Shown here piece by piece: positions 39,315-49,027 of a DNA stretch of 64,000 bases (position 1 is its first letter; the number at the start of each line of letters is the position of its first letter). Origin of the DNA: an uncultured Candidatus Saccharibacteria bacterium. Its GTDB lineage: Bacteria > Patescibacteriota > Minisyncoccia > Phycocordibacterales > UBA918. The stretch is from assembly GCA_964552045.1 (NCBI GenBank), contig CAZKFF010000005.1, forward strand, positions 34,302 to 98,301, in the 5' to 3' direction. Position numbers and translations under genes: made by a program. The notes under the pieces were generated by a model, which worked only from the letters and a program-made list of their open reading frames with translations, was not told where the DNA came from and did not search any database.

Positions 39315-39360
39315 TACACAAACGGCACATTCTTGCTTTAAAGAATGTGCCGTTTGTGTA
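39315..39360. repeat. Perfect 20-bp inverted repeat
   Basis: TACACAAACGGCACATTCTT-N6-AAGAATGTGCCGTTTGTGTA. Confidence 0.85.
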
Positions 39361-39373
39361 CTGTATCTATTAC

Positions 39374-40399
39374 TTAGTCGGCAAGCGTATACATGCCGTT
39401 TGAAAGCCGTTTAAAGAGCATAGTGTCCTGGAGGTTCACGACGATCGTGTTGTCCTTGACGTAGCGCTCCTTGCGGACCTTGTCTATGATCTCCTCTCGG
39501 GTGAGCGGGCCGTGCTCTTCGAGAATGTCGCGGAGAACATCCTTCACCACTCCCGCTGAGTAACCCCACTCAGTGAGCGCATACAGACCCCGTCCGACCA
39601 AAACGAAGCGCTCGTCCTTGATAAGCTCATTGTGGCAGGTTGCCGTGTGCGCCTTCTTGTCGAACAGGCGTTCTATGGCCTCAGCAACTTCGCGGAAGTG
39701 CATAGGCGAACCGTGCCGTTTGACCACAAGATACGCGTAGTCGCGGATGCCCTTGACGCGGACGTTCGGGCTTGATGCGTGCCCCCACTCTCCGAGCGGA
39801 TTGGCGCTGATGTCTTTGGAGATCGCAAGCCAGCGCTTGAGCGTTTGTTCGTCATGCTGATCTGCGATATCGATGAGTTCTTCCTTGAAACGTCGGATCA
39901 TCTCCTCTTCACTGATGAGATCGTCGCGGTTGATACTGTTGTAGAGCTTCACGAGTGCCTTTTCGACGGTGTCAGCGGTCTTCTTTTCTGTGAACCAGCG
40001 GTGCGCATAGGCACTGTTCTCTTTGCTTCGATAGAATGGTACACCGGCAACAAGCAGGAAGTAGATATGATTGCGCAGCACTTCGTCCTTGGTAATCTCG
40101 TCAAGAAGCACATGCTCAGCGATCAAACCGCCGCCGAGTTGGTCAATGATATTCTGCAGCTCAGCAAATACAGGTTCGAATTCCTTGTATGCCTCGGATT
40201 TCTGAATGGATGTGATGCCGTAGTTCTCTATCTGGCGTACGCGTTCACGCGTAATACCGTACGCCTGTCCGATCGACTCAAGCGTGCTTGTTGTGCCATC
40301 TGTTCCGAGTCCGTATCGTTTTTCCAGAACATCCCTGGCCCGCTCAGGCAGTGCTGAAAGCAGTTTTTTGGTTACTTGTTTTGGTTTGAATGAAATCAT
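39374..40399 (-). CDS. Sigma-70 region-4 HTH plus tandem winged-helix (RNAP delta/HARE-HTH-like) protein
   Basis: TLESIG..YGITRERVRQIE; PMHFREV, FVLVGRGLYAL.EWG. Confidence 0.82.
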   Translation of the reverse strand: MISFKPKQVTKKLLSALPERARDVLEKRYGLGTDGTTSTLESIGQAYGITRERVRQIENYGITSIQKSEAYKEFEPVFAELQNIIDQLGGGLIAEHVLLDEITKDEVLRNHIYFLLVAGVPFYRSKENSAYAHRWFTEKKTADTVEKALVKLYNSINRDDLISEEEMIRRFKEELIDIADQHDEQTLKRWLAISKDISANPLGEWGHASSPNVRVKGIRDYAYLVVKRHGSPMHFREVAEAIERLFDKKAHTATCHNELIKDERFVLVGRGLYALTEWGYSAGVVKDVLRDILEEHGPLTREEIIDKVRKERYVKDNTIVVNLQDTMLFKRLSNGMYTLAD

Positions 40400-40507
40400 A
40401 TATGCTTCATAACATTAAATGACGCGTCTCTCCTCTGTTGTGCAATCCCTCCGTGATTGCTATGTTTTATCACGCTACTTGACATCAGTCAATAGTCTGG
40501 TGAAAAC

Positions 40508-42889
40508 CTAACCCGTGATGATGAGGTTGATTATCTTTCCAGGCACGTAGATGACCTTGGCAACTGGACCAGTCAGGTGGCGTGTAAAGTCACCGCTTTC
40601 CTGTACAGCCTTCACCACCTGTGTCTCTTCGCTGTCTTTTGGAACAGTTATACTTCCGCGCATTTTCCCGTTTATCTGCACCGCAAGCGTCACCTCAGTG
40701 TCAATAAGCAGTGCCTCATTTGCTTCCGGATACTGCTGCAGATGAATGGACTCAGTATGTCCGAGTGCTTCCCAGAGCTCTTCAGTAAGGTGCGGTGCAA
40801 ATGGTGCCAGCAGTCGCAAAAAGGTCTCATAGGTTGCTTGCGTGACACCATCCTTCTCTGCCTGATTGATGAAGATCATCATCGCGCTGATCGATGTATT
40901 GAATTTGAACTGCGGAATGTCGTCAGCGAGCTTTGCGATGGTCTTATGCAGCTGCTTGGTCATTTCTGCAGGTTCAGACTCCTTGATGTGTTCAGGCAGT
41001 CCATAGACCCGTTCGAGAAACCGCCGGATGCCGGCAATGCCGCCCATATCCCATGGGTAGTTTGCGGTTTCAGCATACGGCCCCATGAATGCGAGATACA
41101 TCTTTACTGAATCCGCGCCGACGGTCTTTACATGGTCATCCGGGTCAATGACATTCCCTTTTGACTTACTCATCTTGTTGCCGTCCGGACCGAGTACCAG
41201 TCCGCGATTGATGCGCCGCTTATATGGCTCGTGCTCAGTCACGTACCCCAGATCAAAGAGAGCTTTCTGCCAGAAGCGTGAATATAAAAGGTGCATGGTC
41301 GTGTGTTCCGCGCCACCAAAATAGATATCAATCGGCATCCACGCCTTCTGCGCCTGCAGTGAGGCGAATGCTTCTGTATTTTCGTTGTCGATATATCGCA
41401 AAAAGTACCAAGAAGAATCCACGAATGTGTCGAGCGTCTCAACCTCAGGCGTCCAGCCTGTTCCGAAGATCTCCTCGGTGCGCTTTTTCAACGCCTCGCT
41501 TTTCTGAAGCGGCGGTACGCCAGTCGGCCGGAAATCGACGTCCTCGGGAAGCGTCCATGGCAGATGCTCAAGCGGGATCGGGTGCGCTACTCCTTCGGGG
41601 TCGTAGACGATCGGTATCGGTACACCCCAGTAGCGCTGACGGCCGATCGACCAATCGCGCAGACGGTACGTGTTGGTCATTGTGCCCCCGACCTTTTTTG
41701 TTATCTCCCCTTTTGCTTCTTCGGAGTCTATACCGTCGAATTCGCCTGAGTTGGTGAGTGCACCTGCTTCAGCGAACGGAAGGGTCTTCTCACCTTGTAC
41801 AACCTGTGTTACAAGAAGCCCAAATTTCTGCGCGAAATCAAAATCGCGCTCATCGTGTGCCGGCACGGCCATGATCGCTCCTGTGCCGTAGCTGCCGAGC
41901 ACATAGTCGGCCACATACACAGGGATCGACTCACCGTTTGCCGGGTTTGCTGCGGTGATGCCTTCGAGCTTTACGCCCGTCTTTTCCTTGGTCGTATCAA
42001 GGCGATCCTGTTCGTCTTTCTGTTTTGCAGTCTGTACGTATGCAGATGCATCGGCATAATTTGTGATGTTGCCCTTGTTTTGTTCAATAAGTGGGTGCTC
42101 AGGGGCGAGTACAAGATAGGTCGCTCCGAACAGTGTATCAGGACGCGTGGTGAACACCTTCACACTGTCACCCGTTGAGAGTGCGAAAGTTATCTCAGCA
42201 CCCTGCGAGCGTCCTATCCAGCGGCGCTGTGCTTCCTTGATCGGCTCAGGCCAATTCAAATCATCGAGATCATCTACCAGGCGATCAGCGTAGTCAGTGA
42301 TACGGAGCATCCACTGCGGCATCTCGCGTTTTTCAATCACGTCTCCCGAGCGTTCGCACGTGCCATCGCTTAATACCTGCTCGTTGGCGATTGCAGTGTT
42401 GCATCCTGGACACCAGTTCACGATCCCCTTTCCGCGGTACGCTATACCATTTTTGAAGAATTCAGTGAACATCCACTGCGTCCACTTATAGTACGCAGGA
42501 TCGATAGTTGATGCGCTCTTGTCCCATGAAAAGGAAGCGCCCATGCTCTCAAGCTGATCTCGCATATGGGCTATATTGCCTTCGGTCCATTCTCGCGGGT
42601 TGATGTCGCGCTTGATCGCTGCATTCTCAGCAGGAAGTCCAAATGCATCGAAGCCCATCGGATAGATCACCTGGCTGCCATGCATGCGTCTGTAACGCAC
42701 ATAGATATCCGGAACGGCAAATGCGTGCCAGTGCCCGATGTGGAGGTTGCCCGACGGGTACGGGAGTTCAACAAGCACATATTCCTTTTCTTTTGAGGTA
42801 TTCCGCGCCCCGGCATTATAGACGCCGCTTTCTTTCCACTTCTCCTGCCATTTCTTCTCAATAGCGATGTTGTCGAATTTCTTATGCAT
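40508..42889 (-). CDS. leuS: Leucyl-tRNA synthetase
   Basis: PYPSGNLHIGH, FTTRPDT, RQRYWG, KMSKS. Confidence 0.97.
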   Translation of the reverse strand: MHKKFDNIAIEKKWQEKWKESGVYNAGARNTSKEKEYVLVELPYPSGNLHIGHWHAFAVPDIYVRYRRMHGSQVIYPMGFDAFGLPAENAAIKRDINPREWTEGNIAHMRDQLESMGASFSWDKSASTIDPAYYKWTQWMFTEFFKNGIAYRGKGIVNWCPGCNTAIANEQVLSDGTCERSGDVIEKREMPQWMLRITDYADRLVDDLDDLNWPEPIKEAQRRWIGRSQGAEITFALSTGDSVKVFTTRPDTLFGATYLVLAPEHPLIEQNKGNITNYADASAYVQTAKQKDEQDRLDTTKEKTGVKLEGITAANPANGESIPVYVADYVLGSYGTGAIMAVPAHDERDFDFAQKFGLLVTQVVQGEKTLPFAEAGALTNSGEFDGIDSEEAKGEITKKVGGTMTNTYRLRDWSIGRQRYWGVPIPIVYDPEGVAHPIPLEHLPWTLPEDVDFRPTGVPPLQKSEALKKRTEEIFGTGWTPEVETLDTFVDSSWYFLRYIDNENTEAFASLQAQKAWMPIDIYFGGAEHTTMHLLYSRFWQKALFDLGYVTEHEPYKRRINRGLVLGPDGNKMSKSKGNVIDPDDHVKTVGADSVKMYLAFMGPYAETANYPWDMGGIAGIRRFLERVYGLPEHIKESEPAEMTKQLHKTIAKLADDIPQFKFNTSISAMMIFINQAEKDGVTQATYETFLRLLAPFAPHLTEELWEALGHTESIHLQQYPEANEALLIDTEVTLAVQINGKMRGSITVPKDSEETQVVKAVQESGDFTRHLTGPVAKVIYVPGKIINLIITG

Positions 42890-42950
42890 GCAACTATCCC
42901 CAAACTTAGTAAGAAGTTTATTATGCTGTATTTTTTCTGTATGTAAAGGA

Positions 42951-42972
42951 AAAGGCCCTCGGAAGGGCCTTT
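42951..42972 (-). terminator. Intrinsic terminator
   Basis: AAAGGCCCT-N4-AGGGCCTTT downstream of ORF 42994. Confidence 0.65.
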
Positions 42973-42993
42973 GGTGTTTGGCGTGACTGCGCG

Positions 42994-43347
42994 TTACGCT
43001 GCCTTCGGCAGCTGTCCCTGCTTGTTGCCGTCATTGACGACAACAAGTGCTGCATATGAAGGTGGGCGATGAGCGCCCTGAACTTTCTGCAGTTCGCACA
43101 GGAGGAGATTATTGAGCGCCATATCGTGCGGGTAGCCGTTCCTGACGGCTTTCCCGGCATGACCGATGGCCAGCTCAAGTACTTCCTCTTCAGTTGCACC
43201 GAGCTCGGGATACGTATAGTAGCCGTTGCGCGTTGCTTCGCGTATGTAGTCGGCGTAGACACGGAAGCTCGAGCACTCTGCTTTGCGCAGATAGTTAAGC
43301 CATCTGTGGCCCAGAGCGAGTTTCTCCGGGTCAGTCGTCATCTTCAT
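42994..43347 (-). CDS. Hypothetical protein (ORFan-like)
   Basis: AAGGAG SD 6 nt before ATG at 43347; own terminator. Confidence 0.6.
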   Translation of the reverse strand: MKMTTDPEKLALGHRWLNYLRKAECSSFRVYADYIREATRNGYYTYPELGATEEEVLELAIGHAGKAVRNGYPHDMALNNLLLCELQKVQGAHRPPSYAALVVVNDGNKQGQLPKAA

Positions 43348-43428
43348 ATACCGCTCCTTGGAAGAACAAAACAGCCGTCCCCACGGGGAAACGGCTGTTG
43401 ATTTAAACATATACAGAAAGATTGTCAA

Positions 43429-44346
43429 CTAGAGCGCGCCCTTTGCGGGTTGCTGCACAGTCCGTTCGAAGCAGGTTCGTCCGGTACCGTGGTCCCAGTT
43501 GTTGTACGGATTTTTGGCGACGCTCTCATTGAACACGACCTCGCGTTGCCCCATGCGACCGTTCGCTGACTCATACATGAACGAGGCACAGAGCTCGTAT
43601 GTGTCCTCGTCGGCGATCGTATAGCTGTACGCTTCGCGTCCTTCAGGAGCAACCGGCATACTCGTGCCGACGTAGAGCTCCGCAATGGTTGTTGGAAGGC
43701 TTCCATTGAGCTGGTAGTGATCCTCAATGCGCCACTGCATATCGTTTAAGTCATTGACCTGCTGTTCATCAAGGCGCATATCACGCACTTGTGCCGGAGT
43801 GTCACTGTTGAGGAATCCGAACACGAGTACAACAACGACAATGACAGCTGAACCGACTGCGAACAACTGTGAGTGTTTTTCATGTGTGTTCCAGTAACCG
43901 CGGGCATCCTGGATGTAGTAATAAAAGGCTGCGCCGATGACGACAAGAAGCGTGAGCGCCTTAAAGATGAACCGGAGCGTTATCTCGCCGTTGAGGTAGG
44001 TCAGTATCACCGCAACGAGGTCTCCGAGCAGTATGCCGCCGCCGACGAGGAGCGAAAGGTACACGAGCCATTTGGTGAGCGTCAGATAGGTGCCCGTCTC
44101 CCTCCTCCGTATCTGATTGACGGTTCGCGTGAGTACGACATAGGTCGGGAAGAACACCAGAAGCATGGCAATGCCGAAGCGAATACCCTGCTGTGCGCTG
44201 TTGTACGCCCAGTGGCCCTCTACAGGGTCAGGGTATGTGATATTGATAATGCCAAAAATAACGGCGATAAGCGCTGATAACGAAACGTAGAGTGCGATGA
44301 GCGAACCCAACTGCAGTGCGAAATTGCGCGCGGTATTTGATTCCAT
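43429..44346 (-). CDS. DUF5671-like membrane protein
   Basis: LYVS, LLVFFP, GDL...L.GE...RF..K, D...V.DL, YELCA.F, W.HG.G..CF. Confidence 0.78.
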   Translation of the reverse strand: MESNTARNFALQLGSLIALYVSLSALIAVIFGIINITYPDPVEGHWAYNSAQQGIRFGIAMLLVFFPTYVVLTRTVNQIRRRETGTYLTLTKWLVYLSLLVGGGILLGDLVAVILTYLNGEITLRFIFKALTLLVVIGAAFYYYIQDARGYWNTHEKHSQLFAVGSAVIVVVVLVFGFLNSDTPAQVRDMRLDEQQVNDLNDMQWRIEDHYQLNGSLPTTIAELYVGTSMPVAPEGREAYSYTIADEDTYELCASFMYESANGRMGQREVVFNESVAKNPYNNWDHGTGRTCFERTVQQPAKGAL

Positions 44347-44377
44347 ATGTAATCAGTATGTGCTCTGCTGTAAAAAA

Positions 44378-44414
44378 GTAAAGCCCGGCGCAAGTGTATT
44401 GCGCCGGGCTTTAC
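44378..44414 (-). terminator. Intrinsic terminator
   Basis: 16-bp stem GTAAAGCCCGGCGCAA/TTGCGCCGGGCTTTAC with T-tract on the minus strand. Confidence 0.75.
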
Positions 44415-44462
44415 AGGCAAATGATCAATGCATATCGAAGCTAAAGAGCTCTCAATGTAAAG

Positions 44463-44675
44463 CTAGGAGCACATGAAATCGTGCAGACACTGCTCCTTCG
44501 ATTCACCGTTCTGTATCTGTGAGCACAATGCGCATTGAGGAGATGAGCTTGCGTTGTATTGCTGTGTGTGTTTCGCATACGGTACGGGCGCCTCAGCTTC
44601 ATGCCCCTTTGCTACAAACACGGCAACAGGTATCAGAGCAAGTATCAAAATGCCTATGATAGCTATTTTCGACAT
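44463..44675 (-). CDS. Small exported Cys-rich protein (70 aa)
   Basis: Signal/TM segment then CxxC...C-x5-C; CATAAT 6 nt before ATG. Confidence 0.6.
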   Translation of the reverse strand: MSKIAIIGILILALIPVAVFVAKGHEAEAPVPYAKHTQQYNASSSPQCALCSQIQNGESKEQCLHDFMCS

Positions 44676-44704
44676 AACGGTATTATGTAGTATTCTATAC
44701 ACAT

Positions 44705-44974
44705 ATGAAACCCGAGGATCTGAAAAATGCACCCAAACTCTTCTGTGAGAATATCCGCATTGGCCGGTCTCCTGAATTTTTTGCCATCGGCCTTAGTTCC
44801 GGAAGCGAAGCCAGTTTCTTCTCGCTTACGCCGCAGCATGCAAAGCGCTTTTTGCAATATCTTTCCTATGAGATCACTGAATTTGAGAAGGAACAGGGTG
44901 AGATAGATGCTCCGTGGGTGCCGCACGTCATCAGTCCGGTACAGCGGGCCAATCCGCCGACTGACGCGAGCTGA
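44705..44974 (+). CDS. Small conserved protein (DUF3467-like)
   Basis: LTPQHAKRFL..L...I..FE...G.I. Confidence 0.7.
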   Translation: MKPEDLKNAPKLFCENIRIGRSPEFFAIGLSSGSEASFFSLTPQHAKRFLQYLSYEITEFEKEQGEIDAPWVPHVISPVQRANPPTDAS

Positions 44975-45334
44975 CTACTGTGAGAGATCTTTCGCTACAA
45001 TAAGATGCAGATGAAAATGCTGCGGAATTGATTTCATGCCCGGAAGCGCCTCAATGACATACATATAGTTCGCATTGAGCTGATTATGCTTAACTACCAT
45101 CAGCTCCGTTATCTCAGCTTCTGTCAGTTCAGTTTCCTGTACATGCCGCTTAGGGATGAGCATATGATGTACTTCGCTTATCCTGTCGTATGGAAATTCA
45201 TTGGGAATGATCCGCCAATGGATGAATTCCTGCAATGACGCTTCTGCGCAGAGCACGCAACCATTGTCCAGGTGGCCGTTTTTGCGGTGCTCATCATATG
45301 AATCCTGGTTTTCCTTGGATCGGAATGTGCCCAT
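44975..45334 (-). CDS. HIT family hydrolase
   Basis: CxxC, NEFPY, HFHLH triad. Confidence 0.85.
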   Translation of the reverse strand: MGTFRSKENQDSYDEHRKNGHLDNGCVLCAEASLQEFIHWRIIPNEFPYDRISEVHHMLIPKRHVQETELTEAEITELMVVKHNQLNANYMYVIEALPGMKSIPQHFHLHLIVAKDLSQ

Positions 45335-45337
45335 ATG

Positions 45338-46435
45338 CTAGATCATGAATTCAATGACATCGCCATCCTTCACAATGTATTCCTTTCCTTCAGTGCGCAG
45401 CTTACCTGCTTCCCGTGCTTTTGCGATCGAGCCGAGCGCTGCCAATTCATTGAATGAGACCACCTGTGCACGTATGTATTTCTTTTCAAAATCTGTGTGA
45501 ATGGCGCTGCCTGCCTGTGGACCGGTACTACCGATCTTCACTGTCCATGCGCGAGTTTCCTTTTCTCCGGTGGTGAAATAGGACATCAAACCGAGACGGT
45601 CGTAGCAAGCACGGATAAGCGAGCCGATCCCTGAATCTTGTGTGCCGTATTCGCGCCGGAACTCATTTTTCTCGTCTTCATCAAGGTCTTTAAGCTCGTG
45701 TTCAATACCGGCATCGACAGTGACATATTGAGCCTCGGTCTCCTCAAAGAATGAAATGAGCTCCTTCCACCGATCGTCGTTCTGCTCATCCAGATTGTAT
45801 GAGCCCTGCTTTTTATTGCAGACATACAAGAACGGCTTCATTGTCAAAAGATGGAGATGCCGCACGATCTTCAGTTGTGCTTCGGTATACGAAAATGCAT
45901 TCGCGAGCTTTCCAGCCTCCAGATGCGGCAGCAGCTGCGAAAGAAGGTCTTTTTCAGCGATTGCTTCTTTGTCTCCGCGTTTTGCATCCCGCTCCACATT
46001 GCCAAGCCGCTTTGCGACCGTTTCAGCGTCTGCAAGGATAAGTTCAAGGTTGATAACCTCAATATCGCTTAACGGGTCCACTCCGCCCTGCACATGGTGT
46101 ATATCCTCGTCTTCAAAGATGCGCACAACCTCAGCGATCATATCTGTCTCGCGGATATTTGAGAGAAACTTGTTTCCGAGCCCCTCACCGGCAGCGGCCC
46201 CTTTCACCAACCCGGCGATATCAACGAATTCCACAACAGCCGGAATTGTTTTTTCAGAGCCGGATATTTCCGAAAGCCTCTGGAGTCTTCCGTCAGGCAC
46301 GGCGACAATACCCACAGACGGATCAATGGTGCAAAACGGATAATTCTCTGCGGGGACAGCATTTTTCGTGAGCGCATTGAACAGCGTCGATTTGCCGACG
46401 TTTGGAAGCCCGACGATACCCACAGATAAAGACAT
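45338..46435 (-). CDS. ychF: Obg-like ATPase YchF
   Basis: GLPNVGKST, NYPFCTI, DIAGLV, GEGLGNKFL, TGS domain. Confidence 0.97.
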   Translation of the reverse strand: MSLSVGIVGLPNVGKSTLFNALTKNAVPAENYPFCTIDPSVGIVAVPDGRLQRLSEISGSEKTIPAVVEFVDIAGLVKGAAAGEGLGNKFLSNIRETDMIAEVVRIFEDEDIHHVQGGVDPLSDIEVINLELILADAETVAKRLGNVERDAKRGDKEAIAEKDLLSQLLPHLEAGKLANAFSYTEAQLKIVRHLHLLTMKPFLYVCNKKQGSYNLDEQNDDRWKELISFFEETEAQYVTVDAGIEHELKDLDEDEKNEFRREYGTQDSGIGSLIRACYDRLGLMSYFTTGEKETRAWTVKIGSTGPQAGSAIHTDFEKKYIRAQVVSFNELAALGSIAKAREAGKLRTEGKEYIVKDGDVIEFMI

Positions 46436-46483
46436 ACAATCTATTGGAATGAATAGCTTAGCAGAAAAAAACTGATAGACAAA

Positions 46484-47608
46484 TTATGCGGATTTGATGA
46501 GCGGAAGCGAAATAGTGAAAGTTGAGCCCTTGCCAAGCATGCTTTCGACCTCGATCGACCCCTGGTGATACTTCACGATCTCGTTGCATATGTATAAGCC
46601 GATACCGGCTCCTTTGTCGGCGTAGTCATCAGCGTGATTCACCCGGTAGTAGCGCTCAAATATCTTGTCGAGGTTCTCTGGAGCGATGCCCATGCCGTAA
46701 TCTTGCACCTGCAGATATGCATTCTGCTGATCATGATACACGCGGATGATGATGTCGGTATCAGCGCTTGAGTAGCGCATAGCGTTGTTGGCCAGATTGG
46801 TAATGACCTGTGACAGACGTTCCTGGTTGCCGTTGACGTACACTGACTTCTCACCCTGAAAGATAATGTTCCGTTCATTGATGAGCGAAAGTTCTGAAAC
46901 TACTTTCTTAGCGCAGGTGCATACATCAATAGCGGTGATCGGGAAGGCTGTCTCATGTGAACGGAATTTTGCCATATTGAAGAGATCAGTGATGAGTACG
47001 CTGAGCTTATCGACCTGATTGCTTATCTCGTTGACTGATTCCAGCAGTTCTTCCTTGGTTGCTCCGTCCCTGATGGATGACTGCAGAAAGTTCGCATACA
47101 GCTTCATGATCGAAAGTGGTGTTTTAAGCTCGTGCGCAACCATGCCAATAAAATCATCCTTCTTCTGCTCAAGCGCTTTGAGTTCGCTTATGTCAAGTGC
47201 AAAACAGACGCCAAAACTGATGATGTCATCGAACGCTTCAGCGCCGACCAGCACCGGAACAACGTGGCCGTCCTTATGGATATATTCCTTTTCGAAAGGG
47301 ACGATGCTTTTGTGCATCAAAAGCTCACTCATTTTTTCAATATCAGCTGTATCGTACTTGCTCGGGCTAATGGCCGACCATTTGAGCATCCCATTATCGA
47401 TGTCCTCCTGGCTGTATCCAACCATCGACAGGAATGCGTCATTTGCTGAAATGATGGTGTCCTGGAAATCAGTCGCTGCCAGACCGAACATATTTGAATC
47501 GAAGAGCGCCTTGTAGCGCGACATGACCTCCGCAATAAAGCGCTCATGGTCCGGGTGCTTGCCATGGATTTCAGCGGGAACGATTTGTGCCGTCTGGTTA
47601 TCTGCCAT
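46484..47608 (-). CDS. Cytoplasmic PAS histidine kinase
   Basis: PAS domain (ANDAF..MVGYS, HKDG), AHELKTPL, NAMRYS, GIGL. Confidence 0.92.
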   Translation of the reverse strand: MADNQTAQIVPAEIHGKHPDHERFIAEVMSRYKALFDSNMFGLAATDFQDTIISANDAFLSMVGYSQEDIDNGMLKWSAISPSKYDTADIEKMSELLMHKSIVPFEKEYIHKDGHVVPVLVGAEAFDDIISFGVCFALDISELKALEQKKDDFIGMVAHELKTPLSIMKLYANFLQSSIRDGATKEELLESVNEISNQVDKLSVLITDLFNMAKFRSHETAFPITAIDVCTCAKKVVSELSLINERNIIFQGEKSVYVNGNQERLSQVITNLANNAMRYSSADTDIIIRVYHDQQNAYLQVQDYGMGIAPENLDKIFERYYRVNHADDYADKGAGIGLYICNEIVKYHQGSIEVESMLGKGSTFTISLPLIKSA

Positions 47609-47667
47609 AATGCGCTTGAATTACTTATGTAGATCCCTACCCTGAGTGATAATCTTCCCCTTAGTAT

Positions 47668-47701
47668 AAAAAAAGGCTGGCGCGAAAGCAATGCGCCAGC
47701 C
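47668..47701 (-). terminator. Intrinsic terminator
   Basis: GGCTGGCGC stem plus T7 on the minus strand. Confidence 0.75.
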
Positions 47702-47734
47702 ATCTTTTGAGTCGTATCCCCCGAATATGTTCAT

Positions 47735-48409
47735 TTATTCCTCCGTTTTCAGACCCAGCTTTTGCTCGAACTCTTCCTGCGAAAGCACATGGGGTTCGAG
47801 GTCATCGTCTTGTGGACGAATTCCAACTACCCTCCCCAACTCCTCCACATAGCCCCGATAGAAGCTCTTGTGAGCAACATCGACGCTATAGTAATTCTCG
47901 CACCTGGAGCTGACTCCAGGCGTGAGCGTGGCAATCTCTTTGAGGAGATCAACCAGAGCGCTCCGCAGTACGCCTTCACGTTCGAGATACAGATCGGCGT
48001 TATCCATGAGAAAACGCGTACTGCCGACCACGACAACGAGCGTTCTGGATGTCAGAAAACGCGGCGGATGCGTGCTTTTCTGACCGGATCTGCGGAATGC
48101 ATCCGATGCATGGAAAAGTTTTTCCTGGATCTTTTCCTGCACCGCACGGGCAGTAACAACCGCGACTCTGCCGTCGATGGCAAATTCATTGGTGACTGCC
48201 CGGGCTTTGGGAGCCCGCGGGTAACCGGCATTCTCAACAAACGCCAGCAACTCTGTGATCTCCCCTTCCTTGATACGTTCAGTTTCCCACGCAATGACAT
48301 TGCGCAGGATGTTGTAGAGGTGTCTGTCAGTGAACTGTTTCGGGTTCACAGCAACGAAAGCGAACTTCGCTTCCACGTCTGCGTCGCCGATTCTCTTCTG
48401 CACAGCCAT
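47735..48409 (-). CDS. Hypothetical protein (ORFan-like)
   Basis: 224-aa ORF with AGGAG SD and own terminator. Confidence 0.65.
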   Translation of the reverse strand: MAVQKRIGDADVEAKFAFVAVNPKQFTDRHLYNILRNVIAWETERIKEGEITELLAFVENAGYPRAPKARAVTNEFAIDGRVAVVTARAVQEKIQEKLFHASDAFRRSGQKSTHPPRFLTSRTLVVVVGSTRFLMDNADLYLEREGVLRSALVDLLKEIATLTPGVSSRCENYYSVDVAHKSFYRGYVEELGRVVGIRPQDDDLEPHVLSQEEFEQKLGLKTEE

Positions 48410-48487
48410 CAGGCTCTCCTTTGACTTGAAGTTCTTGCTTGACGCTTATGCCCCGCTACACTGTAGCACGAATGTTTACTTAATTCA

Positions 48488-49024
48488 TCAGTCCTTCACG
48501 TGCGCGCGCAGTGTTTCGAGCGCCGCAACGATGAATTCCTTCGTCCGCAGATCGATGAGCTTTCCTTGCGCATCAAATTTTTCCTGCGCCATACCCAGAT
48601 AGAACTCAGGACGTCCGAGCACATGCGCATTGAGGTGCAAGAGCGTCCCCTTCAGGCTCGCCTGAGCAACGGCTGTGCCAATGTTGCCGTCAGATGCACC
48701 GACAACCAAAACAGGTTTTTGGGAGAATGGTGAAGGTCCTTTCGGGCGCGACATCCAGTCGATGGCGTTCTTCAGGATGCCTGGAACGCCCCGGTTATAT
48801 TCAGGAGAGACGATCAAGAACGCATCTGCAGTAGCAAGAAACGCTTTCAGTTCAGCGGCGGAAGCAGGATACGGCTCTTCAAAATCTGCATTATAGAACG
48901 GGAGATCAGCAATAGATGCCTGGATGATCTCCATTCCCTGCGGCGCGTTGCCCGCAAATGCATTGAAGAGGGACTGGTTGAACGACCCAGTGCGCAGACT
49001 TCCAACGATTCCAATTATTCTCAT
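48488..49024 (-). CDS. NAD(P)H-dependent FMN reductase (ChrR-like)
   Basis: GSLRTGSFN, SPEYN, LKNAIDW.SRP. Confidence 0.92.
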   Translation of the reverse strand: MRIIGIVGSLRTGSFNQSLFNAFAGNAPQGMEIIQASIADLPFYNADFEEPYPASAAELKAFLATADAFLIVSPEYNRGVPGILKNAIDWMSRPKGPSPFSQKPVLVVGASDGNIGTAVAQASLKGTLLHLNAHVLGRPEFYLGMAQEKFDAQGKLIDLRTKEFIVAALETLRAHVKD

Positions 49025-49027
49025 GCC

